This document shows, piece after piece, positions 31,968 to 39,938 of a DNA stretch of 64,000 bases. The stretch covers positions 11,293-75,292 of the forward strand of contig JAGGWK010000060.1 of NCBI GenBank assembly GCA_021157525.1. The letters are read 5' to 3'. Both the position numbers and the translations under genes were made by a program. The notes beneath the pieces were generated by a model. It had not been told where the DNA came from and did no database searches. It was given only the letters and a program-made list of their open reading frames with translations. The stretch is from Candidatus Cloacimonadota bacterium. Its GTDB lineage: Bacteria; Cloacimonadota; Cloacimonadia; Cloacimonadales; TCS61. Numbering within the stretch: position 1 is the first letter of the stretch; each line of letters starts with the position of its first letter.

Positions 31968-32984
31968 CTAGCTGGTGCAGATCATATAGATCAGTCGTTC
32001 GAGAATAATCCGCTGCAACCAGGTTTCTTGTGATTTCAGGTCTATATCGGCCTGAAGCAGCAAAGAAAAGGTATTTCGCAGAGATGGCCGCCGATACCGC
32101 TGAGCAAAGGCGATGTAATCGTTGCGGAATTTATAATAAACTTCGGGGATATGTTTTGCCGCGATCTCGCCGGTATCCATACCGCTATCCAGCAGAGTTC
32201 GGATTTTCCACAATATCGTAAAGAAACGGGTCAGCATCACCACTACCAAGATGGGTGGCTCATCGGCTTCGATCATACTTTCCAGCATGGTCAGTGCTTT
32301 TTTCCGGTCTCGCATGCCCAAAGTATTTTGTAGCTCAAAAATGCTGTTTGAACGGGATTTCCCCACGCAGGCATGTACTGCCGCCAGAGATATTCTGGCG
32401 CTGCCTTTGGCATAAATCAGCACTTTTTCCAGTTCATTTGATGCCACCATATAGTCGTTTTCCACGCTATTTGAAAAAAGCTCCACTGCAGCCCGATCCA
32501 TAATGATATTGCGGTCTCGCAACTCATTTGTCACCCATCGCTGGATGTCCCGAGCATCGTAGGGCTGCTTGCATTGCACCACCGTAGCGTTGTTCATAAT
32601 GGTTTTCCATGCCACCTGCCGCTTATCGGTTTTTGTGGCGGTAAGTACCAGGATGGTGGTGTCCATGGGGTTTTTACAATACTCTGCAATGGCGTTGCGA
32701 TCTGCTATATCCATCTCGTCCAATCGACGCAAAAGCAATACCCGTTTCGCCGCAAGAAAGGGCATCATGTCCAGTTGCTCCAGAAGGTCTGAACTTTTTG
32801 CTGTATCACCATAAAACTGTGCGTAATCAAAATCTTCGGAATCCGGGGTAACAAACCGCTTGGTGATAGCCTTCAGCACTTTGTCGATAAGATAGGTCTC
32901 CGGTCCAAAAATAAGATAAACAGACACCGGCTTTTCTTTGGGAAATCGGCGCAAAAATTCGTAATGTGCAAGCTGGGCAGCCAT
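31968..32984 (-). CDS. holA: DNA polymerase III subunit delta
   Basis: 338 aa; N-terminal YLIFGPETYLIDKVL and delta-subunit fold pattern. Confidence 0.75.
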   Translation of the reverse strand: MAAQLAHYEFLRRFPKEKPVSVYLIFGPETYLIDKVLKAITKRFVTPDSEDFDYAQFYGDTAKSSDLLEQLDMMPFLAAKRVLLLRRLDEMDIADRNAIAEYCKNPMDTTILVLTATKTDKRQVAWKTIMNNATVVQCKQPYDARDIQRWVTNELRDRNIIMDRAAVELFSNSVENDYMVASNELEKVLIYAKGSARISLAAVHACVGKSRSNSIFELQNTLGMRDRKKALTMLESMIEADEPPILVVVMLTRFFTILWKIRTLLDSGMDTGEIAAKHIPEVYYKFRNDYIAFAQRYRRPSLRNTFSLLLQADIDLKSQETWLQRIILERLIYMICTS

Positions 32985-32987
32985 GAA

Positions 32988-33791
32988 CTATCCCTTTAAA
33001 ATAACGATGGAAACGATCGAAATCACCCAGCAATAATAGGCAAAATACTTCAGTTTGTTCTTTGCCACCAGATTGATAAGCCATGAGATAACGGCATAGC
33101 CAGAGATGCCGGCTGCAACGCTTCCCGCCATATAATTAAGCAGGGTTGCCGAAGGCAACGCCGTAAGCTCTGGTAACTTGGTAATTGTCGCTCCCAGAAT
33201 TGCAGGAATGGATATCAGGAAGGAGAAGCGGGCAGCCGAACGGCGATCCAGCCCCAGATACACAGAGGTGGCAATAGTGGTGCCAGAACGGGAAATCCCC
33301 GGCAACAAAGCCACAGATTGTCCTAATCCGATAACCACACTGCGCCATAAGCCCATCTTGTCTGCCGGAATCCCTTTGCTGGGAACCAGATCGGAAATAA
33401 ACAGAATGGCCCCGGTGACTGAAAGCAAAACGGCAGCATAGATGGGATGTTCAAAAGCTGCATCCACCCTGTCTGACAGCAGAAAATAGATCACGCCCGT
33501 AACCGCCGTGGCAACAATGAGATAAAGCAGTATCAACCGGTTCTTCCGATGAGCGGGAGCAGGATTTTTTATAGCCACCAGCGAACCGGCCATTCCCAGA
33601 AGGTCTTTAAAAAAATAGACCAATACGGCAATAAGGGAGCCAAAATGTACGATCACTTCAAAACTGATCCCCGGATCCTGGATGTGCATAAAACGTTGCA
33701 CCAAGACCAGATGGCCAGAGCTGCTCACGGGCAAAAACTCGGTAAGGCCCTGAATGATCCCTAAAAGGATCGCTTGTAACGTCGTCATCAT
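32988..33791 (-). CDS. uppP: undecaprenyl-diphosphatase
   Basis: 267 aa polytopic; BacA signatures GLTEFLPVSSSGHL and SRSGTTI. Confidence 0.9.
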   Translation of the reverse strand: MMTTLQAILLGIIQGLTEFLPVSSSGHLVLVQRFMHIQDPGISFEVIVHFGSLIAVLVYFFKDLLGMAGSLVAIKNPAPAHRKNRLILLYLIVATAVTGVIYFLLSDRVDAAFEHPIYAAVLLSVTGAILFISDLVPSKGIPADKMGLWRSVVIGLGQSVALLPGISRSGTTIATSVYLGLDRRSAARFSFLISIPAILGATITKLPELTALPSATLLNYMAGSVAAGISGYAVISWLINLVAKNKLKYFAYYCWVISIVSIVILKG

Positions 33792-35014
33792 GATATCTCC
33801 GGAACTGCTGAGCGGAAAAGCTCAGAGGCAGGGATTAACTGGATGTCCATTCCATCCAGCTTCTTCAGAAACTTTTTCAAATAATCATACCGTTCGCGGG
33901 TTGTACAATGGGTTATCACCACAATCTTATCTTTCTTTTTCATCAATATTTTTATCTTTTCCATTTTTTTATTCAGCGTAGCGTCGCTGTGGTCCGGTGC
34001 ATCCAGAAAAATATCCCGTCGAATGCTGGGGATCAGCATTTCCTGAGCTGTCTGAAAGGCTACAGATGATGAGGTGGTAAAGCTGTCGATAAAAAACATG
34101 CTATGCCGTTTCAGCACCTCCAGCACGGTGGTCATCACCTGTTTATCGGCAGTGGCCAGGGAGCCCATGTGGTTATTTGCCCCGATGCAATAGGGCAGTT
34201 CTTTCATATAATTTTGCACCCGTCGCACGATTTCTTTTTGGGTAAGATGCACATAAATCGCTTCTTTGCCAGGATTGTTTTTGGGGTAGCTGACAGGCTC
34301 CATAGGCATGTGGATAATGCTCTCGTGGCCACTGTTATATGCGGCATCCATGGCATCCCGTGAGTGAGCAAGGTGCGGCATAATGGCAAAGGTTATTGCC
34401 GGATCGAGGGCACAAAAATCCTGCAACAATTGCCCATCGAAATTGCCAAAGTCATCCACGATTATCGCCAGTTTTGTTTTATCGGATGCCTGTTTCTGTT
34501 GCTTTGTGTAGTATAGTTTCACCACGTAAGTTATCTTATTTTCAGTATCTTTGTAGGTGAGAAGCTGGGTCGATCCGTTGTACAATTCCTTGCCCGTAAG
34601 CAACTCGCCTCCCGCCATTTCTATCTGGCCGGTGATCACCATATTGGCATAATTCAGATCCGAAATTTTTCCATCTATACCGATGTACACGTACACCTTA
34701 TTGTCCTTCACTCGGGTGGAATAATAGTCATCCGGTACACTGAGGCTCTTGCGGGCATGGTCTATGGCATCCTGGATGGACGCTTTTTCTTCTATCTCAG
34801 TAGGGGTTACAGAGGTTTTGGCTTTGGGAGTGAAATTGATATCGTAGCGACTGATGAAGAAGTAGAGTGCAAACAGTAATATCAGGGCAACCAAAAAGAT
34901 CAGGGCGGAAGCAGAGGATCCGGCCTTCTTTTTCGTCTGTTTTTTCTTTTTCTTCGGGCTTGGTTTTTTCTTCTTTACTGCCATAATCTCCTCAGACTTT
35001 TTTGGGGACTTCAT
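33788..35014 (-). CDS. divergent polysaccharide deacetylase (YibQ-like) family protein
   Basis: K-rich N-terminus + TM, then IIVDDFGN...HMPME motifs of YibQ/DUF610-type deacetylase. Confidence 0.65.
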   Translation of the reverse strand: MKSPKKSEEIMAVKKKKPSPKKKKKQTKKKAGSSASALIFLVALILLFALYFFISRYDINFTPKAKTSVTPTEIEEKASIQDAIDHARKSLSVPDDYYSTRVKDNKVYVYIGIDGKISDLNYANMVITGQIEMAGGELLTGKELYNGSTQLLTYKDTENKITYVVKLYYTKQQKQASDKTKLAIIVDDFGNFDGQLLQDFCALDPAITFAIMPHLAHSRDAMDAAYNSGHESIIHMPMEPVSYPKNNPGKEAIYVHLTQKEIVRRVQNYMKELPYCIGANNHMGSLATADKQVMTTVLEVLKRHSMFFIDSFTTSSSVAFQTAQEMLIPSIRRDIFLDAPDHSDATLNKKMEKIKILMKKKDKIVVITHCTTRERYDYLKKFLKKLDGMDIQLIPASELFRSAVPEIS

Positions 35015-35136
35015 GGTGAGCCCTCTGGTGCGTCAAGCAAAAAGAGCAAATAGGATAAATGGAAAAGCAAAACCTTGACGCCTGAAAGGGTATAAATAAT
35101 TTCCAGCAAATTCCGTGAAAGGAGACGCAGCTGAGA

Positions 35137-35994
35137 ATGGAAAGATCCGCACCAACACAGAATCGGCTTTCAGGCATCGTGATTGCACTGATTATCTCGC
35201 TGTTGCTGCACCTATTGGTCATTGTGGTGATCTCCTTTTTGCAAACCGATTTCCTTCATCATTTTGTGCAGGATGTACCATTGGTACCGCCATCCCGGGA
35301 AAAACCGCTGGTTTTCGAGTTGGTAGAAACCCCGGATGTTCCCTCTTCACCACCAGAGCAACCAACCGATCTGGCATCAGATACCGCCACTTCAGCCCGG
35401 GATGCGGTGGACAAACAGCTTCCCATCAGTGATACACCTTATGCCGAAGGAACTGCCAGCACCAGAGATGTCACAGCTCCCGCAAAGCCTGAGAACCAGC
35501 CCCGGGCAGAGCCGTCCAGCGCAACTGCTGCCGTTGAAGGACAGGGGAAAGAAACCGCCACTCCGGCAGAACAGCAGCCGGTAGTAATTCCTCAGATGCT
35601 GGCATCGAATCAGCAGAGTTTTAGAAATCTGCGCTCTGAGGTTGCATCCAGAGGCGGGATGATGTTGAACACCTATCAGTGGAAATATGCACCATACCTG
35701 CTCAAGCTCAAACGGAGAATTTCCGGTAACCTGAGACCGCCCTACGCCTTTACCCGACTGGGCATCATCGGCGGTCAAAACCTTATCCGCTTCCGCATCA
35801 ACCCCGATGGAGCTATTGTGAATGTGACGCTTTTGTGGAGCAATTCCCACGAATCCCTGGAGCAGAGCAGCATAGCAGCCATAGAAAAGTCCCATCCATT
35901 TTTGCCGCTTCCTGCGGGATTTCCCAAAGAATACCTGGAGATAACGGCCCTCTTTACGTACAATAACAAACCACCAACAGAAGGTAGAAAATGA
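35137..35994 (+). CDS. tonB: energy transducer TonB
   Basis: N-terminal TM anchor, Pro/Glu-rich linker, C-terminal TonB domain (YAPYLLKLKRRISGNL...GAIVNVTL). Confidence 0.8.
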   Translation: MERSAPTQNRLSGIVIALIISLLLHLLVIVVISFLQTDFLHHFVQDVPLVPPSREKPLVFELVETPDVPSSPPEQPTDLASDTATSARDAVDKQLPISDTPYAEGTASTRDVTAPAKPENQPRAEPSSATAAVEGQGKETATPAEQQPVVIPQMLASNQQSFRNLRSEVASRGGMMLNTYQWKYAPYLLKLKRRISGNLRPPYAFTRLGIIGGQNLIRFRINPDGAIVNVTLLWSNSHESLEQSSIAAIEKSHPFLPLPAGFPKEYLEITALFTYNNKPPTEGRK

Positions 35995-36614
35995 AAGAAT
36001 TTATCGCATTACTCCAGCAGGGCGGCATCATTATGTATCCGCTACTGCTCTGCTCGGTGATCTCCCTGGCCATCGTTATCGAGCGCTGTTTTACATTACG
36101 GCACAAGCACATAATCGTTCCGGAGATCGAGAAGGTTGTACGCTCTATTCGCACAGCCGAAGACATCCCGTTGGCACTGAAGGTCTGTAGTCAGAACAAA
36201 GGGCCCTTTGCCGCTATTATGCGGGTAGGACTGGAGAATCACACCCTCCCCGCTGCGATTCTCAAAGAGGAAATCACCAACCACGGACGCCAGCAGGTAC
36301 GGGTGCTGGAGCGGGGATTGGTGGTATTGGAAACCGTTGCTGCGGTGAGTCCCATCCTGGGCTTGCTGGGAACGGTGGTAGGGATGATCAAAGTGTTTAA
36401 AGTCATCTCCTTGCAAGGTGTGGGAGAAGCATCCGCTCTATCGGGGGGTATTTCCGAAGCACTCATCACCACAGCAGCAGGTTTGACAGTGGCCATCCCG
36501 ACCGTGATATTTTATAATTTTCTCTCCCAGAAAGCCGAGAACCTGATAATGGACATTGAGGATAATGCCAACAATCTGGTGCGGACGATTCGAGAGTTTT
36601 CCAAGGATGCATGA
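35991..36614 (+). CDS. exbB: MotA/TolQ/ExbB proton channel protein
   Basis: 207 aa, 3 TM, conserved C-terminal TM pair; ATGA overlap with tonB. Confidence 0.85.
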   Translation: MKEFIALLQQGGIIMYPLLLCSVISLAIVIERCFTLRHKHIIVPEIEKVVRSIRTAEDIPLALKVCSQNKGPFAAIMRVGLENHTLPAAILKEEITNHGRQQVRVLERGLVVLETVAAVSPILGLLGTVVGMIKVFKVISLQGVGEASALSGGISEALITTAAGLTVAIPTVIFYNFLSQKAENLIMDIEDNANNLVRTIREFSKDA

Positions 36615-37012
36615 TGAATTTTCGTGAAAAGAAGAGACGTAACGTCACTATCAATATCACTTCCCTCATCGACGTGGTATTGCTGTTGCTCATCTTTTTC
36701 ATGCTTACCACCACCTTTTCCGAGCAGCCGGGGATGAAGCTGGAATTGCCGGAAGCCAAGAGTTTTGGAACCCAGCGATTTTCTCAGTTGGAAGTTTCCA
36801 TCGGTGCTGATGGCACTCTCGTCCTCAATGGCAACAAGATTGCCACCGAGGATTTGAAGCAGGCAATCACCGACCTGGTTCCTCAGATCGAAGAAAAAAC
36901 CATCATCCTGCGGGCTGATAAAGCGGTGCAACACGGTGTGGTGGTGATGGTGATGGATGTGGCCCGCAGTGCAGGAATAGAAAAGGTGGTAATCGCAGCA
37001 AAACCCCGATAA
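36611..37012 (+). CDS. exbD: biopolymer transport protein ExbD/TolR
   Basis: 133 aa; single N-terminal TM (INITSLIDVVLLLLIFFM) + periplasmic domain; overlap with exbB. Confidence 0.85.
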   Translation: MMNFREKKRRNVTINITSLIDVVLLLLIFFMLTTTFSEQPGMKLELPEAKSFGTQRFSQLEVSIGADGTLVLNGNKIATEDLKQAITDLVPQIEEKTIILRADKAVQHGVVVMVMDVARSAGIEKVVIAAKPR

Positions 37013-37087
37013 AAGCAGTTTCATGATATCATGAAACTATATCGAGACAGGAAAACGGTGTGAACGTGACTTTAAAAATGTAAAAAA

Positions 37088-37301
37088 GGGGCCGTCCCGC
37101 AACCGCAAAACTGAGACCTCTACTCTCCATGCCTGCGGCAGGTCGCCGCACAAGTCCGCTTCCGTCTTCGTTCATTGTAACACATGAACTACGACGCGAA
37201 AAGACGATCCGATGTGACAGCGACTTGGAGAGAGGCTCAAAACGAAGATTTCAATCTCGAATCTCGATTTTCTTGTTCTTCTCTCGGTTGTGGGACGACC
37301 C
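37088..37301. repeat. about 210-bp repeat element copy 1 with 17-bp terminal inverted repeats (MITE-like or structured RNA)
   Basis: left arm GGGCCGTCCCGCAACCG vs right arm CGGTTGTGGGACGACCC; internal core CTGAGACCTCTACTCTCCAT...TGACAGCGACTT...TTCTCTCGGTT shared with copy at 52689-52892. Confidence 0.7.
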
Positions 37302-37312
37302 TTATATTAATC

Positions 37313-38290
37313 CTATTTAAATTCCCAGACGAAGGGATCCGGGCTATTGAATACAAAACGTTTCAGATAGGAAATCATGGTGTGGAGATCATAACCTGCA
37401 GGCACCACAAAGTAATCGTATTTGGCGACGAGAGCGGCAAATTCGGCATTTTCCATGAGGGCTGCATCGACGAAATAGATACCATGGCCAGGAAGGCTTA
37501 AGTCGGATGCATCCGTTGGCTCCACCTGACGATACAACACAACGTCCTGCTCTTTCAGCAGCTCTTCTTTGAGATGAGAAAAGTATTGGCCGTTGGATGG
37601 AGTAGCCAACACCACCAGTTGCTGCCCTGGTCGGAAGACATCAATGAGACGCTGTTGTTCCTCTGGAGCACTGGTGTCGGAAAGACCTGCCAGACCCCGC
37701 ACACCGCTCACGATAAACCATAGGGCAATAAGCACCGAGGCGATGCGTCCGATGAGTTTCAGCTCTTTTACTTTACTGAAAAAACCCACAAATCCCATGG
37801 GAACGAGGTATAATGTGGTGCCCAGAAAAAAGCCGAAAAAGAGGGTTGCGCCGTTTATGGGCCCCCCGAGATTCACCGCTTTTGAGAGAGCAATAAGAAA
37901 GGATGGACAGAAATTTACTCCCGTGAGCACCCCCAGCAAAAAAGCGCTTTTGGTGATGTTTGCCATCTTCGGAATGTGACATTTTTTTGCTTTTTGATGG
38001 GATCGTACTGCGGTGAGCAGCAGATACAATGAGAGTAAAATATAGGCAATGGATGTGAAAAACGTTCGGTTGATTTCGGTGATATTTTTGCCCAGATAGC
38101 CAGCGACAGCACCAAACGCCAAGTAGGTAAAGAAGCGGCCCAGAGAAATTTCCATTACCGCAAGGAAGGTTTTACCCACTTTTTTGTCATCGCTCAGGAG
38201 ATAGGGCAGGTAAATGGGTGAGCAGGTTGCCAGACACACCACCCCCGTGGCCAGTCCTAAACCCCAGCCTTCGATCAAACTTTGTATCAT
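37313..38290 (-). CDS. DsbD/CcdA-like (DsbD_2-type) polytopic membrane protein with cysteine motifs in TM helices and C-terminal soluble domain
   Basis: 325 aa; TM1 LATCSPIYLPYL resembles CcdA SPCxLPxxP, TM4 GVNFCPSFL resembles the second CcdA Cys motif; about 120-aa C-terminal hydrophilic domain; last gene of ferredoxin operon. Confidence 0.45.
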   Translation of the reverse strand: MIQSLIEGWGLGLATGVVCLATCSPIYLPYLLSDDKKVGKTFLAVMEISLGRFFTYLAFGAVAGYLGKNITEINRTFFTSIAYILLSLYLLLTAVRSHQKAKKCHIPKMANITKSAFLLGVLTGVNFCPSFLIALSKAVNLGGPINGATLFFGFFLGTTLYLVPMGFVGFFSKVKELKLIGRIASVLIALWFIVSGVRGLAGLSDTSAPEEQQRLIDVFRPGQQLVVLATPSNGQYFSHLKEELLKEQDVVLYRQVEPTDASDLSLPGHGIYFVDAALMENAEFAALVAKYDYFVVPAGYDLHTMISYLKRFVFNSPDPFVWEFK

Positions 38291-38299
38291 AGTTGTTCC

Positions 38300-39427
38300 T
38301 TAATATCTGTAAGCAAGGCTGATGCCGTGGGTAAGCCGATCTTTCACAGTATCCCGCAACAGCACGTCGTAGCGATAGCCGATGCGCAGGGAATCATGCA
38401 GCAAAAAGCCCCCCAGTTCCCCGCTGATACCCATATCGTTCACCGACACATTGCCCAGATAATAGTTGTATTCTGCAAAGAAAACAAGCTGCCACAGGTT
38501 GTACTGCATGTTTGCCTTGAGAAGGGTTTCTTCATCGTAAAAATAGTGTTTGGCAGCCAGCCGGATACGATTGATCCGATTGCCCTCTGTGCTGATGGTG
38601 CGCTGAACGATGGATTCCCCAAAGCTTTTTCCCAGCAGCATTTCGTTGTTTTCGGTATCGTACCAGTTTTGGATATCCAGTTTTTGCACCAGCATCCAGT
38701 CTGGATGCAGCTTTGTGCTGAAGCGGGTAGTATAATGCACAAAATAAGGCACGTCGTCATAACGATCCGATTGTCCCAGGATGAGCTGCTGCTGCCAGAT
38801 GTGAGGACGTCCAAAGTAGTGCATCGTCTGTATCCCGGCACCGGCGGTATAGTAGTTAAAAACGTCTTCCTCATTCAAATCGTCGAAATGCTCAAGGGCG
38901 ATTACCGGCATCCAGGTATCGCTTTGCATCCAGGTAAGAGTCACATTGTTGCGGGTATCGAACTCGGTAATATCTTCGTCGCCGGAGTAATCGCGGATAT
39001 TGTAGCGCAGGTTTGCATCCATCAGAAGGTTCCCCACCTGATAGTGAATATTGGCGCCGAGGCCCCAGCCATTTTCCAGCAGGTATTCGCCATTAACACC
39101 GCCGACGTGGGATGGGAAATTATCTGCCGGAGAGAGTTGAACGCTGCCGAAAAATTGAACCATCCCGCCGGATAATGTACGGGTGAGGGATAGTTTGTTA
39201 CGCAGATAGTTGCGTAGATAGGTCTCTTCCAGAGTCTCTGTTTCTTCGCTGAATTTGGCAAAGGTGATGTTATCGATCTGCCATTGGCCAAATTTTTGCG
39301 TGATATAGGAGGTCATCCGAGAAGAAAAGCCCTCTTGGTTATCGGAGACAACGGAGACGGAAATCTGCTGAAGGGCCGAGAGGGAAAGCATCCCAAAAAG
39401 AATACTAAAAAGAAAGGACTGGCGCAT
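38300..39427 (-). CDS. outer-membrane beta-barrel protein
   Basis: start at ATG 39427 (AAGGAG RBS) gives signal peptide MRQSFLFSILFGMLSLSALQ; alternating amphipathic strands; C-terminal GISLAYRY aromatic terminus typical of OMPs. Confidence 0.6.
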   Translation of the reverse strand: MRQSFLFSILFGMLSLSALQQISVSVVSDNQEGFSSRMTSYITQKFGQWQIDNITFAKFSEETETLEETYLRNYLRNKLSLTRTLSGGMVQFFGSVQLSPADNFPSHVGGVNGEYLLENGWGLGANIHYQVGNLLMDANLRYNIRDYSGDEDITEFDTRNNVTLTWMQSDTWMPVIALEHFDDLNEEDVFNYYTAGAGIQTMHYFGRPHIWQQQLILGQSDRYDDVPYFVHYTTRFSTKLHPDWMLVQKLDIQNWYDTENNEMLLGKSFGESIVQRTISTEGNRINRIRLAAKHYFYDEETLLKANMQYNLWQLVFFAEYNYYLGNVSVNDMGISGELGGFLLHDSLRIGYRYDVLLRDTVKDRLTHGISLAYRY

Positions 39428-39437
39428 TGGGGCTCCT

Positions 39438-39683
39438 TTAGTGGATGGCGTTTTCCGGACAGACGTCGGCGCACTTGCCACAGGATACGCATTTGCTTGA
39501 GATAATAACGGGTTTATCGCCGTCGTAATCGATGGCGTTGTGGGGGCATACGTCGTAGCATTGGCCGCAGGCAACGCAGGATGTTTCATCTATTTCGTAG
39601 CTGGCGCCGGTGAGCTTTTTGCAGCTAATGAAGAAGAGCCCTAACATCAACAGTACCAGCAGGATGGGTAAAATTCGTTTCAT
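39438..39683 (-). CDS. exported 2x[4Fe-4S] ferredoxin-like protein (signal peptide/lipoprotein-like)
   Basis: 81 aa from ATG 39683 (GGAG RBS); MKRILPILLVLLMLGLFFISC then CVACGQCYDVCP and CVSCGKCADVCP motifs. Confidence 0.65.
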   Translation of the reverse strand: MKRILPILLVLLMLGLFFISCKKLTGASYEIDETSCVACGQCYDVCPHNAIDYDGDKPVIISSKCVSCGKCADVCPENAIH

Positions 39684-39691
39684 GGATACTC

Positions 39692-39925
39692 CTACTTTAT
39701 GGCGTTGTATGTACAGGTGGTGATGCACATTTTGCAGTCGATGCAGACATCGGTATCGATCACCGCTTTGCCATTTTGCAGACTGATAGCCTGGACGGGA
39801 CAGTAATTGACACAATCGCCACAGCCGACACAGCTTTGTTTGGAAACCTCCGGCTTGCTCTGAACCATGGCAAACAGCACGATGGTGGCCAGCAACAATA
39901 TCGCTATCACTACGTTCTTTTTCAT
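39692..39925 (-). CDS. exported 2x[4Fe-4S] ferredoxin-like protein (signal peptide)
   Basis: 77 aa; MKKNVVIAILLLATIVLFAMVQS then CVGCGDCVNYCP and CIDCKMCITTC motifs. Confidence 0.65.
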   Translation of the reverse strand: MKKNVVIAILLLATIVLFAMVQSKPEVSKQSCVGCGDCVNYCPVQAISLQNGKAVIDTDVCIDCKMCITTCTYNAIK

Positions 39926-39938
39926 CTTATATCCTTTA

